64,000 bases of DNA from Rebecca billardiae RCC1528. Lineage: Eukaryota > Protista > Haptophyta. A program made the position numbers and the translations under genes. The stretch is from NCBI GenBank assembly GCA_965240325.2, contig OZ251225.1, positions 2,480,001 to 2,544,000 on the forward strand, written 5' to 3'. Under the pieces are notes generated by a model. That model was not told where the DNA came from, made no database searches, and saw only the letters and a list, made by a program, of their open reading frames with translations. Shown in pieces: positions 1 to 10,928 of this stretch (the stretch's first letter is position 1; every line of letters begins with the position of its first letter).

Positions 1-745
1 CGAGCACCGCGCCCGAGCGTCGGAGCGAGTCCACAAACTCGCACGCGTGCTCGTGCGTCGTCACCGTCTCGACGAGCGCGACGCGCTTGAGCGAGCGGAG
101 GCCGCCCATCGCGGCGGTCGCCATGCACAGCGTCTCGGGCGCGCATGCCACCGTGAGCTGGCGCAGCTGCGTCAGCGCGTCGAGTGGGTACATGGCATCG
201 TCGCTCGCGGCGCTCGCCGCATCCACGTGCGGCGCGCACCACGCCATGGCGCGCTTGAGCCGCGCGAGGCGGTGGTCGATGGTGTACCGGTCGGCAACGT
301 TGTTCGCGAGATTCATCAGCTCGAACGTGTCGTGCGTCACGTAGTACTTGCACCACGACGCGCCCGGCGCGCCCGGCGGCGGCGGCGGGGGCGGCAGCTG
401 GATGCGGCTCGCCTCACGATCTGTCGGGAGTGACCAGCGCGACGAGCCATCAAGCGCGTGGACCCACGACGGCAGCGCGAGGGGGGCGGGTCCTGCGCCG
501 GTGGCCAGCACCGCGGAGCCGCCTGCCGCGTCGCACAGCGGCGGGAGCGGCGCGCCGCCGGCCGCGTGCGGCCATCTGTGCTGCGCAGCCTTCTGCCACA
601 CCGCCTCGTGCTCGACGAGGGCCTCCCATTCCGGGTTGGCGCGGCACATTGCGACGAGGTCCCAGCAGTCGAGGAACCGGATGACGTGCAGTATCAGCTC
701 CGACGGGAAGCGACAGCTGAGGAAGTCGTCCATGAGCGTCGCCAT
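1..745 (-). CDS. F-box domain protein (3' end runs off the window)
   Basis: Manual minus-strand translation from ATG 745 gives MATLMDDFLSCRFPSELILHVIRFLDCWDLVAMCRANPEWEALVEHEAVWQ, matching the F-box consensus (xPxELxxxIxxFLxxxDLxxxxxxxxxWxxL...W). The frame is open to position 1, so it is absent from the ORF track. Confidence 0.75.
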   Translation of the reverse strand, partial: MATLMDDFLSCRFPSELILHVIRFLDCWDLVAMCRANPEWEALVEHEAVWQKAAQHRWPHAAGGAPLPPLCDAAGGSAVLATGAGPAPLALPSWVHALDGSSRWSLPTDREASRIQLPPPPPPPGAPGASWCKYYVTHDTFELMNLANNVADRYTIDHRLARLKRAMAWCAPHVDAASAASDDAMYPLDALTQLRQLTVACAPETLCMATAAMGGLRSLKRVALVETVTTHEHACEFVDSLRRSGAVL

Positions 746-1319
746 GGCGATGGTGCGTGAGCGCTGCCGGCCCCAAGAGGGCCGCCCTCCTTAGCCGCAA
801 CCCGGAGAAGGCGCGCAGCCGGACCCTCAAGACCATCCGGATGATCGGCTCGGGATCCGGCCATCGTCCCATCGAGCCTCAATCCGGAAAATGAGCCTCG
901 TTGCCCGGACTCCCGGAGCAACTCCTGAAACTTCAGCGGGTTCCGCTGAAGTTTCGTTCATCACAAGCTTGCCCCAATCGCGCGCTAAAATTGGTCGTGA
1001 TGGACCATTCTGATCGTATTATTTTCAATTTTACTCATAGGAATGCTCCATCGGCCATACTTGATTATGCGGTTACGCTTGCAACGACAGATGATGAGTA
1101 GTGCTATTAGCGCGGCGGTTTTCCACTGCCTCATACAGCGAATGCTTGCCGATGATTATATGCCGACCCAGCAGCGAATGACCAGAAGGCGCGCGATCTC
1201 GCCCGCCGCCGACGACGCGGGGCCTAGACCGCCGGGGCCGCGCCCCGCCCGGAAACACCGCCGAAACCCCACCACCCAGCGTGATTGCTGCACCCAGCAA
1301 GGAGCTGCTGGCTTGCCCG

Positions 1320-4300
1320 ATGGCACGGCGGTCAAGCCGCGGCGCACGGCGCTCGTCGGCGGAGGGGCATGACGGAGGGCGGGAGGCGGTGGCGGAGAGC
1401 GACGGGGCCGCTGAGACCTTCCCCGCCCCCCAACTCTCGCTCAACGTGCTCGACCACCTGCCATCGGCGCTGTGGCTCGGCGGTGGCGGCATCGCGTGCT
1501 GGTGTGTGATTATCACTGCGGTGCTGCGAGGGATGAGCTCGCAGGCGAGCCACCTGCCAACGGCGGAGAAGCAAGCCGCGGAGATCGCGGCGAGTATGCT
1601 CACCACCGCGTGCCTCCTCCGCGCGATTACCACCTTGGCCTCCGCCAGCAACTCCGTGCACTCGGTCATCACCATCCCCATCATGGCCGTGCAGGCGATC
1701 GCCGCGTCGTCCAACTGGGTGATGGCGACGATGGCGGTTCCCGCGCCCGTCGACCCGATCACTGGCTGCCATGTCCAGCTCGTGCGCTACGGCGAGTGGT
1801 TCTGCTGCACGTTCATCATGGCCTTTGTCATCGAGGCGATCGATAACGACGCGAGCACGTTCCCCGTCTATCTCGGCCTCTCGCAGTCCGTTTGCATCCT
1901 CTTCGGCCTCGCGTTGCCGTACGCGCCGGGGCCGGTGAGCTGGGCCGTGCTGCTCGCGCTCTCGTGCATCTTCTTCGGCGCCGTCCACATGCGCCTCTAC
2001 GTCCGCCGCCGCCAGCTATTCGCGCAGCGCGAGCCGACGAGCGTGCTCGAGAGGCTCGCGCTCGACCGGAAGAAGCTCGCTTGCCGGCTGCTGATGACGT
2101 GCTGCGTGACGTGGACGGTCGTGCTCGTCGAGTACGGGGTGGCGTGGGCGGACCACGAGCTGCACTTCTTCAGCCGCTACTACCCACACTGGCACTTCGT
2201 CGTGGAGACCGCGCTCGACGTCGTCGCGAAGCTGATGTACACCAACATTGTCGCCGACCTGCAGCTCGCGGCGCCCGAGCACGCCGAGCGGTGGCAGGAG
2301 CAGAGCCTGCGCGTGATGATGAACATCGCGTGGGAGCACTGCGGCGACGTGATCGTCGTCTCGCAGCCGCGACCGGGCGGCTGGCTGCACACGAGCGCGT
2401 CGCCCTCGCTCAGCGGGCTCCTCGGCGCCGTCCAGTCGCAGCCGTGGGTGACGGGCCAGACGCACAAACGGCTCAAGTTCGCGCAGGAGGCGGGCGAGGC
2501 TGCGAACGCGGGCGAGCGTGCCGCGTCGGGCGCGGCGGCAGCGGCAGCGCGGGCTGGGGCGCCCGCGAGCGCGGGCGGCGCCGCTCGGCCCGCGGCGAGC
2601 TGCTCCCCCGCGGCGTCGGACGACGAGACCTCCTCCCCGTCCCCGTCCTCGCGCCTCAGCCTCGACAACCCGACGCCGCTCAGCAACGAGCTGCCGCCGC
2701 TGCCGGCCGACGAGGACGGCGACGCGCTCGAGCACGCCTTCGGCATGCTCGCGTTCGACCAGCTCGTGAGCCTGGCGTGGCGGTACGTGCGCATGCGGTC
2801 GGACGGCTGCGCGCGCATCGTGTGCACGCTGAGGTCCGCCTCCGACGCGGCGGTCGCCGCGGCGGTCGCCGCGGCGCACGCGGCCGCGGCCGCGCCGGCC
2901 GCCGACGGCGAGGACGTGTCCTCGGCCGGCGCGACGACGCCCGGCCGGCTTGGGCTCGAGAAGCGCTGCGAGATCGACGTGAAGCTCGTGCGCGACACGC
3001 CGGTGGGCGACTCGCTGGTGATCATCGCGCGCGACATCAGCGACCGGATCGAGCGCCTCGAGATGGAGCGCAGCCTCTTCGAGGCCGCCGTCTCGCGGCA
3101 GAAGGACGAGGAGGCCAACCGCTTCAACCGGCACGAGGTGAAGAACGGCGTGCTCGCCGCGCTCTCGGCGTGCGACCACCTGCGCGAGGTGCGCGAGGCG
3201 GGCCTGCGGAGCGAGCTGGTCTCGGAGCGCGCGGAGTACACCTCCAACTTCAACCGCTCGCTCGTCGACCTCTCCGACTCGCTCCACTCCACGCTGAACA
3301 CGGTGCTCGCCGAGGCGATGGCGCGCGACGTCGTGCACGGCACGTACCGGCCGCAGCTCGAGGGCATCCAGCTCGAGGAGCTGCTCGGCTCGCGGCGCAC
3401 GCGGCGGGACACGCGCTTCCGCTTCATGACCGAGCCGCGGCCGCTGCCGCTGCTCGAGCTCGACCCGCGGCTCGTCTTCCACATCTACCGCAACGCCGTC
3501 TCGAACGCGACCAAGTACGGCCGGCCCGGCGGGGTCATCACGACCGAGGTCGAGTTTGCGAGCGAGACGCTCACGCTGCGCGTGATCAACGAGCCCGGCC
3601 CGGACCACGAGGCGCTGCTCAAGGTGGACGCGACGCGAGTGTTCGCGAAGGGGACGCGGCTGCACGGCGGGCTCAGCTCCGACTCGAACTGGTCGAGCAC
3701 CTCCGCGGGCGACGGCGCGTGGATCATGCGCAAGTGCGCCGAGGCGCTCGCGGGCGTGTGCGCGATCCAGTTCCTCGCCGAGTACACGGTGTTTGAGCTG
3801 CGCTGCCCGGCGCGCAAATACGTGGCGGACGTGCAGCTCGAGGGGTTCCACCTGCCCGAGGACGTGCACGGCATCGCGATCGACGACTCGCGCGTGCAGC
3901 GCATGCTGCTCACCAAGATGCTCCAAGTGCTCGGCGTGCCGCGCGAGCGCACCGTCGTGCTCGGCTCGACCTCGGACGAGATCACGTGCGTGCACGAGTA
4001 CATTGTCGACGCGGTGCGCGCCGCGCCGCCGGGGGTGCGCTTCATCGTGATGGCGGATGAGAACCTGGACTACGACGCGGGCGGCGGCGTGATCACGCAC
4101 TCGGGCTCCGCCGCGCTCGCGCGCGCGCGCAAGGCGCTGCGGCCAGAGGAGGAGGCGCGCACGCTGATGCTCGTGCGCTCGGCCAACGACTCGCCGGAGG
4201 ACATCGAAAAGTACCACACGTGCGCGCACGGCGTCGTGCCCAAGGGGCCCTTCTCGCGCACGGCCGTGCTCAAGGCGATCGTGCCTGCGTGGGTGCAGCG

Positions 4301-4895
4301 CTTCGGCGCGCCCGATCACAAGCCAGCCGAGGCCCAGGCCCCGGCGGACGCGTGCTCGAGGTCCACCTCGCGCGACATGTCGTCGTCCGCGGTGGACGAT
4401 GAGATTGTCGAGGCGCTGCGCCAGCTGCTCTCGGGCGTGGACGCGATGCTGGAAGAGTGGAACCACGTGGTGCCCGAGGAGTCGTGGCCGCTGATGTGGG
4501 TGCAGCTGCACCGCATCAAGGGCGAGGTGCTGAGCTTGACCAAGGGCAAGGGCCACTCGACCCTCTCGGGCGAGCTCACCGACGTGGTCAGCAGCATCGA
4601 GGCGATGCGCAATCTCACACGCGCGCCCGCCGACCTCGCGGCGCGCTGGGCGTTGATCAAGCGCGCGATTGGCGCGCACATCCACCTGCGCATGATGAGC
4701 AGGCTCAGCGAGCCACGAACAGCGCCGTCGAGCCCCGAGGTGTCCGATCGGCGCCTTTTGCTCAGTCGGAACCATCGCCGACGAACGGCGGAGTCGCCCT
4801 CCTCCGAGTCGCCCTCCTGGAACAGGGAACTGGAAGGTAACCCCCTACTGCGGGCGGGCTCCGCGAGGTCGAAGGCGACCGACGATGCCGAGTGA
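1320..4895 (+). CDS. Histidine-kinase rhodopsin-like hybrid sensor: 8-TM microbial rhodopsin + degenerate PAS + HisKA + HATPase + receiver + HPt-like C-terminus
   Basis: Helix C RYGEW (1785-1799). Helix G DVVAK with retinal-binding Lys (2229-2231). PAC-like IIARDISDR. H-box RHEVKN (His 3132). N-box RNAVSNATKYG. Receiver IDDS...MADENL...RSAND...VPK. HPt-like LHRIKG (His 4509). First ATG is 1320; the ORF track starts at GTG 1281. Confidence 0.85.
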   Translation: MARRSSRGARRSSAEGHDGGREAVAESDGAAETFPAPQLSLNVLDHLPSALWLGGGGIACWCVIITAVLRGMSSQASHLPTAEKQAAEIAASMLTTACLLRAITTLASASNSVHSVITIPIMAVQAIAASSNWVMATMAVPAPVDPITGCHVQLVRYGEWFCCTFIMAFVIEAIDNDASTFPVYLGLSQSVCILFGLALPYAPGPVSWAVLLALSCIFFGAVHMRLYVRRRQLFAQREPTSVLERLALDRKKLACRLLMTCCVTWTVVLVEYGVAWADHELHFFSRYYPHWHFVVETALDVVAKLMYTNIVADLQLAAPEHAERWQEQSLRVMMNIAWEHCGDVIVVSQPRPGGWLHTSASPSLSGLLGAVQSQPWVTGQTHKRLKFAQEAGEAANAGERAASGAAAAAARAGAPASAGGAARPAASCSPAASDDETSSPSPSSRLSLDNPTPLSNELPPLPADEDGDALEHAFGMLAFDQLVSLAWRYVRMRSDGCARIVCTLRSASDAAVAAAVAAAHAAAAAPAADGEDVSSAGATTPGRLGLEKRCEIDVKLVRDTPVGDSLVIIARDISDRIERLEMERSLFEAAVSRQKDEEANRFNRHEVKNGVLAALSACDHLREVREAGLRSELVSERAEYTSNFNRSLVDLSDSLHSTLNTVLAEAMARDVVHGTYRPQLEGIQLEELLGSRRTRRDTRFRFMTEPRPLPLLELDPRLVFHIYRNAVSNATKYGRPGGVITTEVEFASETLTLRVINEPGPDHEALLKVDATRVFAKGTRLHGGLSSDSNWSSTSAGDGAWIMRKCAEALAGVCAIQFLAEYTVFELRCPARKYVADVQLEGFHLPEDVHGIAIDDSRVQRMLLTKMLQVLGVPRERTVVLGSTSDEITCVHEYIVDAVRAAPPGVRFIVMADENLDYDAGGGVITHSGSAALARARKALRPEEEARTLMLVRSANDSPEDIEKYHTCAHGVVPKGPFSRTAVLKAIVPAWVQRFGAPDHKPAEAQAPADACSRSTSRDMSSSAVDDEIVEALRQLLSGVDAMLEEWNHVVPEESWPLMWVQLHRIKGEVLSLTKGKGHSTLSGELTDVVSSIEAMRNLTRAPADLAARWALIKRAIGAHIHLRMMSRLSEPRTAPSSPEVSDRRLLLSRNHRRRTAESPSSESPSWNRELEGNPLLRAGSARSKATDDAE

Positions 4896-5566
4896 GTGTG
4901 AGACTGTGTTACGGTGACGTATCAGCACCCAGTGCCGGTTGCTGCTGATGATCCAGCACTCGTCATCAATAATATTATTTGGCGCGATCGAGTTACGACA
5001 CGAGGATATATCGCGATCATCTTGACGCCTCGCCCTCTGACGCCCTGACGGTACCCTTATTTACTACTGATGACTTATAATATTAATATATATATTATTT
5101 ATCAATAATTTATTTAAATATTACGTAGAGTTGCGCTCATGCGTCGATCACGCCTCGCGCCCGCCTGTCGGCCGTCGTGCAGTCGCTGGTCGAACCCTAC
5201 TCGGACCAGTGCAAATCATGTACGTGTAGCAGCTACTCCTGGCGCTGCTATGAAGGCGCGCGGTGCCCGACAGACAGCGGTCAGCAGCAGCGGCCCGAAC
5301 GAATCCGCGGCCCCGCACCGTGTTCCCTGGCTGTCAGCTCCACGTGGCCTGGCGTGCACGTGGAGTCGCGCTCATGCGTCGATGACGATCACGCCTCGTC
5401 GCATCCGCCTGTACACAATCGGCGCCACGCCGGCGGCTGCAATGGGCCCGCGCCCGGCGCCGGCGGGCGGCGGCGCGCCGCTGGAGTCTAGTTGTACGGG
5501 CATGCAACTGGTCTGTCAATAGACGACTGCGACGGAGGGTGCACCGCCACCGCGGGCCCCGAACTA

Positions 5567-5671
5567 CGTTCGTTCTACGGAAAAGGACCGCGGCGGAACG
5601 CGGTCATATACTAAGAATAATAAGAGACGCACACAGTATATTGCAGCAGACATAGCGCAGCATCATGGTCA

Positions 5672-5705
<34 letters not shown>

Positions 5706-7295
5706 GCTAGAGAGAGAGAGAGAGAGAGTCTACTCGGATCAGCTCGACCGTTCACGACTATTCTGTAGCCTTACGTACTTATTGCTAGATAGAAAATTCT
5801 GCTCGGTCCGATCATCGCAGCGCGGTCTCGGAGTCGGACAGACGGGACAGTAGTCTGAAAGTTATCTCTGCTGTACGTACTGTAATGACGTATATATATA
5901 TATACGACCGTAAAAGTGCTTCGTGCCCGAGTGGTTAAGAACCGGCACGAAGGCTCAGGCTCAACATATAATTAATAATGCAATAATCGTCATTCAACTG
6001 GTATAGAATGATGACTCAGATGAGTAGTCCGAAGTCATTGGCTGGTCGTTCCGCTTGAGACCGCTGCCAAACTTATTATTATACTATGATTCGCTATAGC
6101 TAGTCGTACTAACAGTCTCAGTCAATATATATAAGTCGTAGCTAGATGCAATCGCAAGTTATTCCGGCGGTGCGGAGCAGATTCCGCCGCGTATAGCTTA
6201 GCTGTCAAAAGCAGCAGCACAGAGTGCGCGCAGACAAAACTGCTCGGTGTCATCAGCAGGTGTGGCCGCAACGACCCGCATGTGATGTATCACTCTGACA
6301 ATACGAAGTGCCCGGTGCTGCTGAGCCCAGGGTGATGCGATCGATGACGCGACAGTAAAATCAATATAATATATGTATATCATAATAGCTATATTACGTC
6401 TCAGTCCCAGTAGTACTGTGTGCGTCTATTCACTCTATTCTTAGTAAACTGTAGCTTGGACCTCACTACTCAACGGTAGCGCGCCTCACTCCTCGACCTC
6501 AGCCGCCTCAAGCCCAAGGGCTCCCGCTTATTCACGGTACCAGTTAGGTGCGGCGCTTCTGTGGATCGCATAGCATCGTTCGTTCTACGGAAAAGGACCG
6601 CGGAACGCGGTCATATACTAATTAAGAATAAGAGACGCACACAGTATATTGCAGCAGACATAGCAGCATCATGGTCATATGATTATTATTATTCTAATAA
6701 TAGCTAGAGAGAGAGAGGGAGTCTACTCGGATCGGCTCGACCGTCACACGACTATACTGTAGCCTTACGTACTTATTGCTAGATAGAAAATTCTGCTCAG
6801 CGGTCCGATCATCGCAGCGCGGTCTCGGAGTCGGACAGACGGGACAGTAGTCTGAAAGTTATCTCTGCTGTACGTACTGTAATGACGTATATATATAAAA
6901 TTAATAATGCAATAATCGTCATTCAACTGGTATAGAATGATGACTCAGATGAGTAGTCCGAAGTCATTGGCTGGTCGTTCCGCTTGAGACCGCTGCCAAA
7001 CTTATTATTATACTATGATTCGCTATAGCTAGTCGTACTAACAGTCTCAGTCAATATATATAAGTCGTAGCTAGATGCAATCGCAAGTTATTCCGGCGGT
7101 GCGGAGCAGATTCCGCCGCGTAGCTTAGCTGTCAAAAGCAGCAGCACAGAGTGCGCGCAGACAAAACTGCTCGGTGTCATCAGCAGGTGTGGCCGCAACG
7201 ACCCGCATGTGATGTATCACTCTGACAATACGAAGTGCCCGGTGCTGCTGAGCCCAGGGTGATGCGATCGATGACGCGACAGTAATGAATCAATA

Positions 7296-7327
<32 letters not shown>

Positions 7328-7514
7328 GATATATTACGTCTCAGTCCCAGTAGTACTGTGTGCGTCTCTTCACTCGATTCTTAGTAAACTGTAGCTTGGA
7401 CCTCACTACTCAACGGTAGCGCGCGCCTCACTCCTCGACCTCAGCCGCCTCAAGGGCTCCCGCTTATTCACGGTACCAGTTAGGTGCGGCGCTTCTGTGG
7501 ATCGCATAGCATCG
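5567..7514. repeat. Tandem duplication of a ~0.94-1.0 kb unit (copy 1 ~5567-6578, copy 2 ~6577-7514)
   Basis: Both copies start cgttcgttctacggaaaaggaccg and end ggatcgcatagcatcg. They are near-identical apart from microsatellite length and small indels. Confidence 0.95.
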
Positions 7515-8911
7515 GGTTGTACAGCGACGCGATCGTGCTCGTTGTCGCTGTGGTTGCCCGTCGCCGGATGCACATCGGCGCCACGCTCTTCGCTGTCGGC
7601 GTTTGGAGCGCTCGCAGGGACATTGCAAGGCGGAATGGCATGTGCTCTCGCTTCCCGGAGCGGTGTATCACATCGCCGCGCAGGATGAGCATGTCTCCTG
7701 CGGCGAGCTGCGGGGTGATGGCCTTGTCGAGCAGCGAGATTGGGAAGGCGCGAGTCTCTCCGCAGCCCGTCGTGTCCCTCTCGATCACCGACATCGGCAG
7801 GCGTGACACGTTGCCCTGCAGAGCGTGCTGATCGAATGTGAACGGATGAGCGCGCACCGCTGCAGACAGACGCTGGTGTGGATTCGCTGGGGTGCCCGAC
7901 CGTTCCATCCTGCCTCGCTGCCCAACGAGATAGCCCTTGGAGACCGACCCTTCGAGCAGCTTCCGGGTGTCGGGCGCAAACGTGGAGAAGGGCACGATAT
8001 CGAGGTTGGAGTCGTCCTTGCGCTCCTGCAGGTGCGCGCAGCGCGGACGCAATTCGTTGATACTGCGTCAGTCGGCAGCAGCTCACAGCTGCGTGGGGTG
8101 GTGGCAGTGGGGCAGGCGCGGGATGGCGCGCCCAATATGGGTGGCAGACCGGGGGTGGCTTCCGCACCTTGTTCACGGCAATGTAGAAGTTCTGTATCGC
8201 GCAGAGGGTGTGCGCGAGGGCGCACATCTCGACGTCAGTCAGCAGGCACGCTGGCAGTGGGACGTGCGCTGGGGCAGGCTTCGGCCGTCGGCACATGCAC
8301 CACACGTGCTGCGCGCGGGCTCATGCGCGCACCACCCATTCGTTCGATGCGTCATGCGTCTTGTCCCAGAGGTACGGGATGTCGGTGTGCCAGTCAAAGC
8401 CCTTGCTGAAGCTGAGTATGTGCGTCGATGTGCGCTTTATCGCTTCTGCTGCTCGCTTGTTAGGGGGATCACCAGACGCAAAGTAATATGCGGTGGCCGT
8501 GCCATCATCACAGTCTGCAGGGTTGATGAGGGTATCGAGACGCATCGCGGTCTGGTGCGAGTGAGTGATGTTGCGCATGATCTTCCGGATCGCCGCTCTC
8601 AGCCCCGCCATCTCGGGCCCGTCGCGCGCCCGGAGCGCTGGCCCAGGAAACTTGACCACGTTCTTGGACCAGCTCGTGGTCACGCGCTCACTCCATGCCT
8701 TCGCGTTGCCTTTGACGAAATGGGGTAGGTGGATGAAGCCCTCCGAGTCGAGTAGTGACCAGTCCGGGGGCTTCCAGTGAGCCGCGTCTGTTGGCGCGAA
8801 GGACCACAGCTCGTCATGGCGGTGCGATGTCGCGCTGCCGAGGCCAGCGAGCGCTCCGAACGTGACGAGCGCAAGCCCGGCCGCAGCAGTAGGTGCTGTG
8901 CCATACACCAT
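7480..8911 (-). CDS. Secreted PhyH-like Fe(II)/2-oxoglutarate dioxygenase; exons 8911-8333, 8191-8168, 8025-7480
   Basis: Hydrophobic N-terminal signal. FDWHTD (HxD). Spliced VNFYIAVNKERKDDSNLDIVPFS fits the PhyH core strand-loop-strand. Distal His in LILRGDVIHRSG, and RLAMSLR. GT-AG introns at 8192-8332 and 8026-8167. Confidence 0.7.
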
Positions 8912-9997
8912 CGTGCCGATGTAGACCACGTGCAGGCGCGCGCGTCGTGCTGCCCAGCCGCTGGTCGGCTTGCTCTGCGCGTCGTCGCCACTACCCACTC
9001 GCGGCACGCCCCACGAGAGGCGGAGTTCTTGCCCACTGGCACGCCCCACCGGAGAGGAGTCGGCTTTGATGCTTGCAAGCCAGCGCGCCCACCTGGATAG
9101 CCAGTGCTCAACCGGACCAATTCTATGATTTAAAGACACAGGCACGAGGGCGCGTCTATTATAATATCCCGGCGCGCAGCAGCTCCGCGCGCCGACTTCA
9201 TCGATTCATTACGAGATTCGAGAACCTGCAGACGCCCAGACGGACGGGAAAACCCCCCATAATATGGGGCTACTCAACTGACTGAGTGACTTCTCAGCTG
9301 ACTAAGTTGAATACCCCCATACTCAACTGACTGAGTGGTAGTAACTTTAGAATTAGTAGTACGGGGGTAGGGTGGATGAGTTTTGTCTTTTGTAGTGATG
9401 GCATCATCAACTGCTCATCACCAAAACCATCCCTCCGCACGGAGAGGCTGGGATGGACGCAAAGATGGGCACCCCTCGCCCTCGCCGTCGAGGACAAGCC
9501 GAGGACGCCCATGTGGCGGCATGTCGGTAACGCACCCGCTGGGGCCGGGTCGCCGCGGCCGCACGTTCTCGCGTCGTCAGGCGCGTTTGAAAAATGACCC
9601 CACCCCAAAAGCAAAACTATAACCCGGGCGGAGGCGCGTGCGGCACGCGCGGCGCGGGCTTGGCCGCTTGGCCTTGTGGGCAGCATTGCTGGCGAAGTGA
9701 TCCGCGCCGCCTTCTGTTGCTGCCCAGGCTGGGGATCTCCCCGCACTCACTCCTGATGAGGCGGAAGCGACGCGCCGAAGCACTCGCGATGCCGCCGAGA
9801 CGGGGCAGCGCCGTTGCCCAGCGTCGCCTACTGTTGTGGGACAGCACCGATGGGCATGATGGCAAGCCGCTTAAAATGGACGACGGCCATGTACCCGTCC
9901 CGCAGGCGACGACCCAGCTGGCGCGCGGCCACCCCAGTGCGGTGCCCAGCGGCGGTACTGCATCGAGTACTTGAAACAGTACGAGCTGCCATATAAG

Positions 9998-10637
<640 letters not shown>

Positions 10638-10928
10638 CATAATATATATATATGTATATATATACATACATACATACATACATATATGTATGTATATATA
10701 TATACATATATATATATACTACGTATATTGTCGTGATGACTTATTTCGATCGAATAGTATCTGTGAGACGTTAGGCGACTGAATCAGCCAACTGAGTGAC
10801 CTCGGGACTGAGTGACCGCAGTGACTGTCGGGCGCCTGTCGTCAGATGCCCGGCGGACTGACTATGCCCGCGCGGCCGCGCCGGCACTCGGCAGGGCTCG
10901 GCCGGCCGCAACCGGCCATCACGATTCA

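Noticed and set aside
1332-4857. Long overlapping ORFs antisense or out of frame to the rhodopsin kinase (919, 634, 434 aa) and similar ones over other genes
   Set aside because: Expected by-products of very high GC3 codon usage, with no domain motifs.
5133-5522. Short ORFs and a ~35-bp imperfect direct repeat (5133 and 5368)
   Set aside because: No recognisable protein motif; probably degenerate repeat sequence.
5918-5965. tRNA gene
   Set aside because: Only a D-arm-like stretch is present, with no T-arm GTTC motif or cloverleaf.
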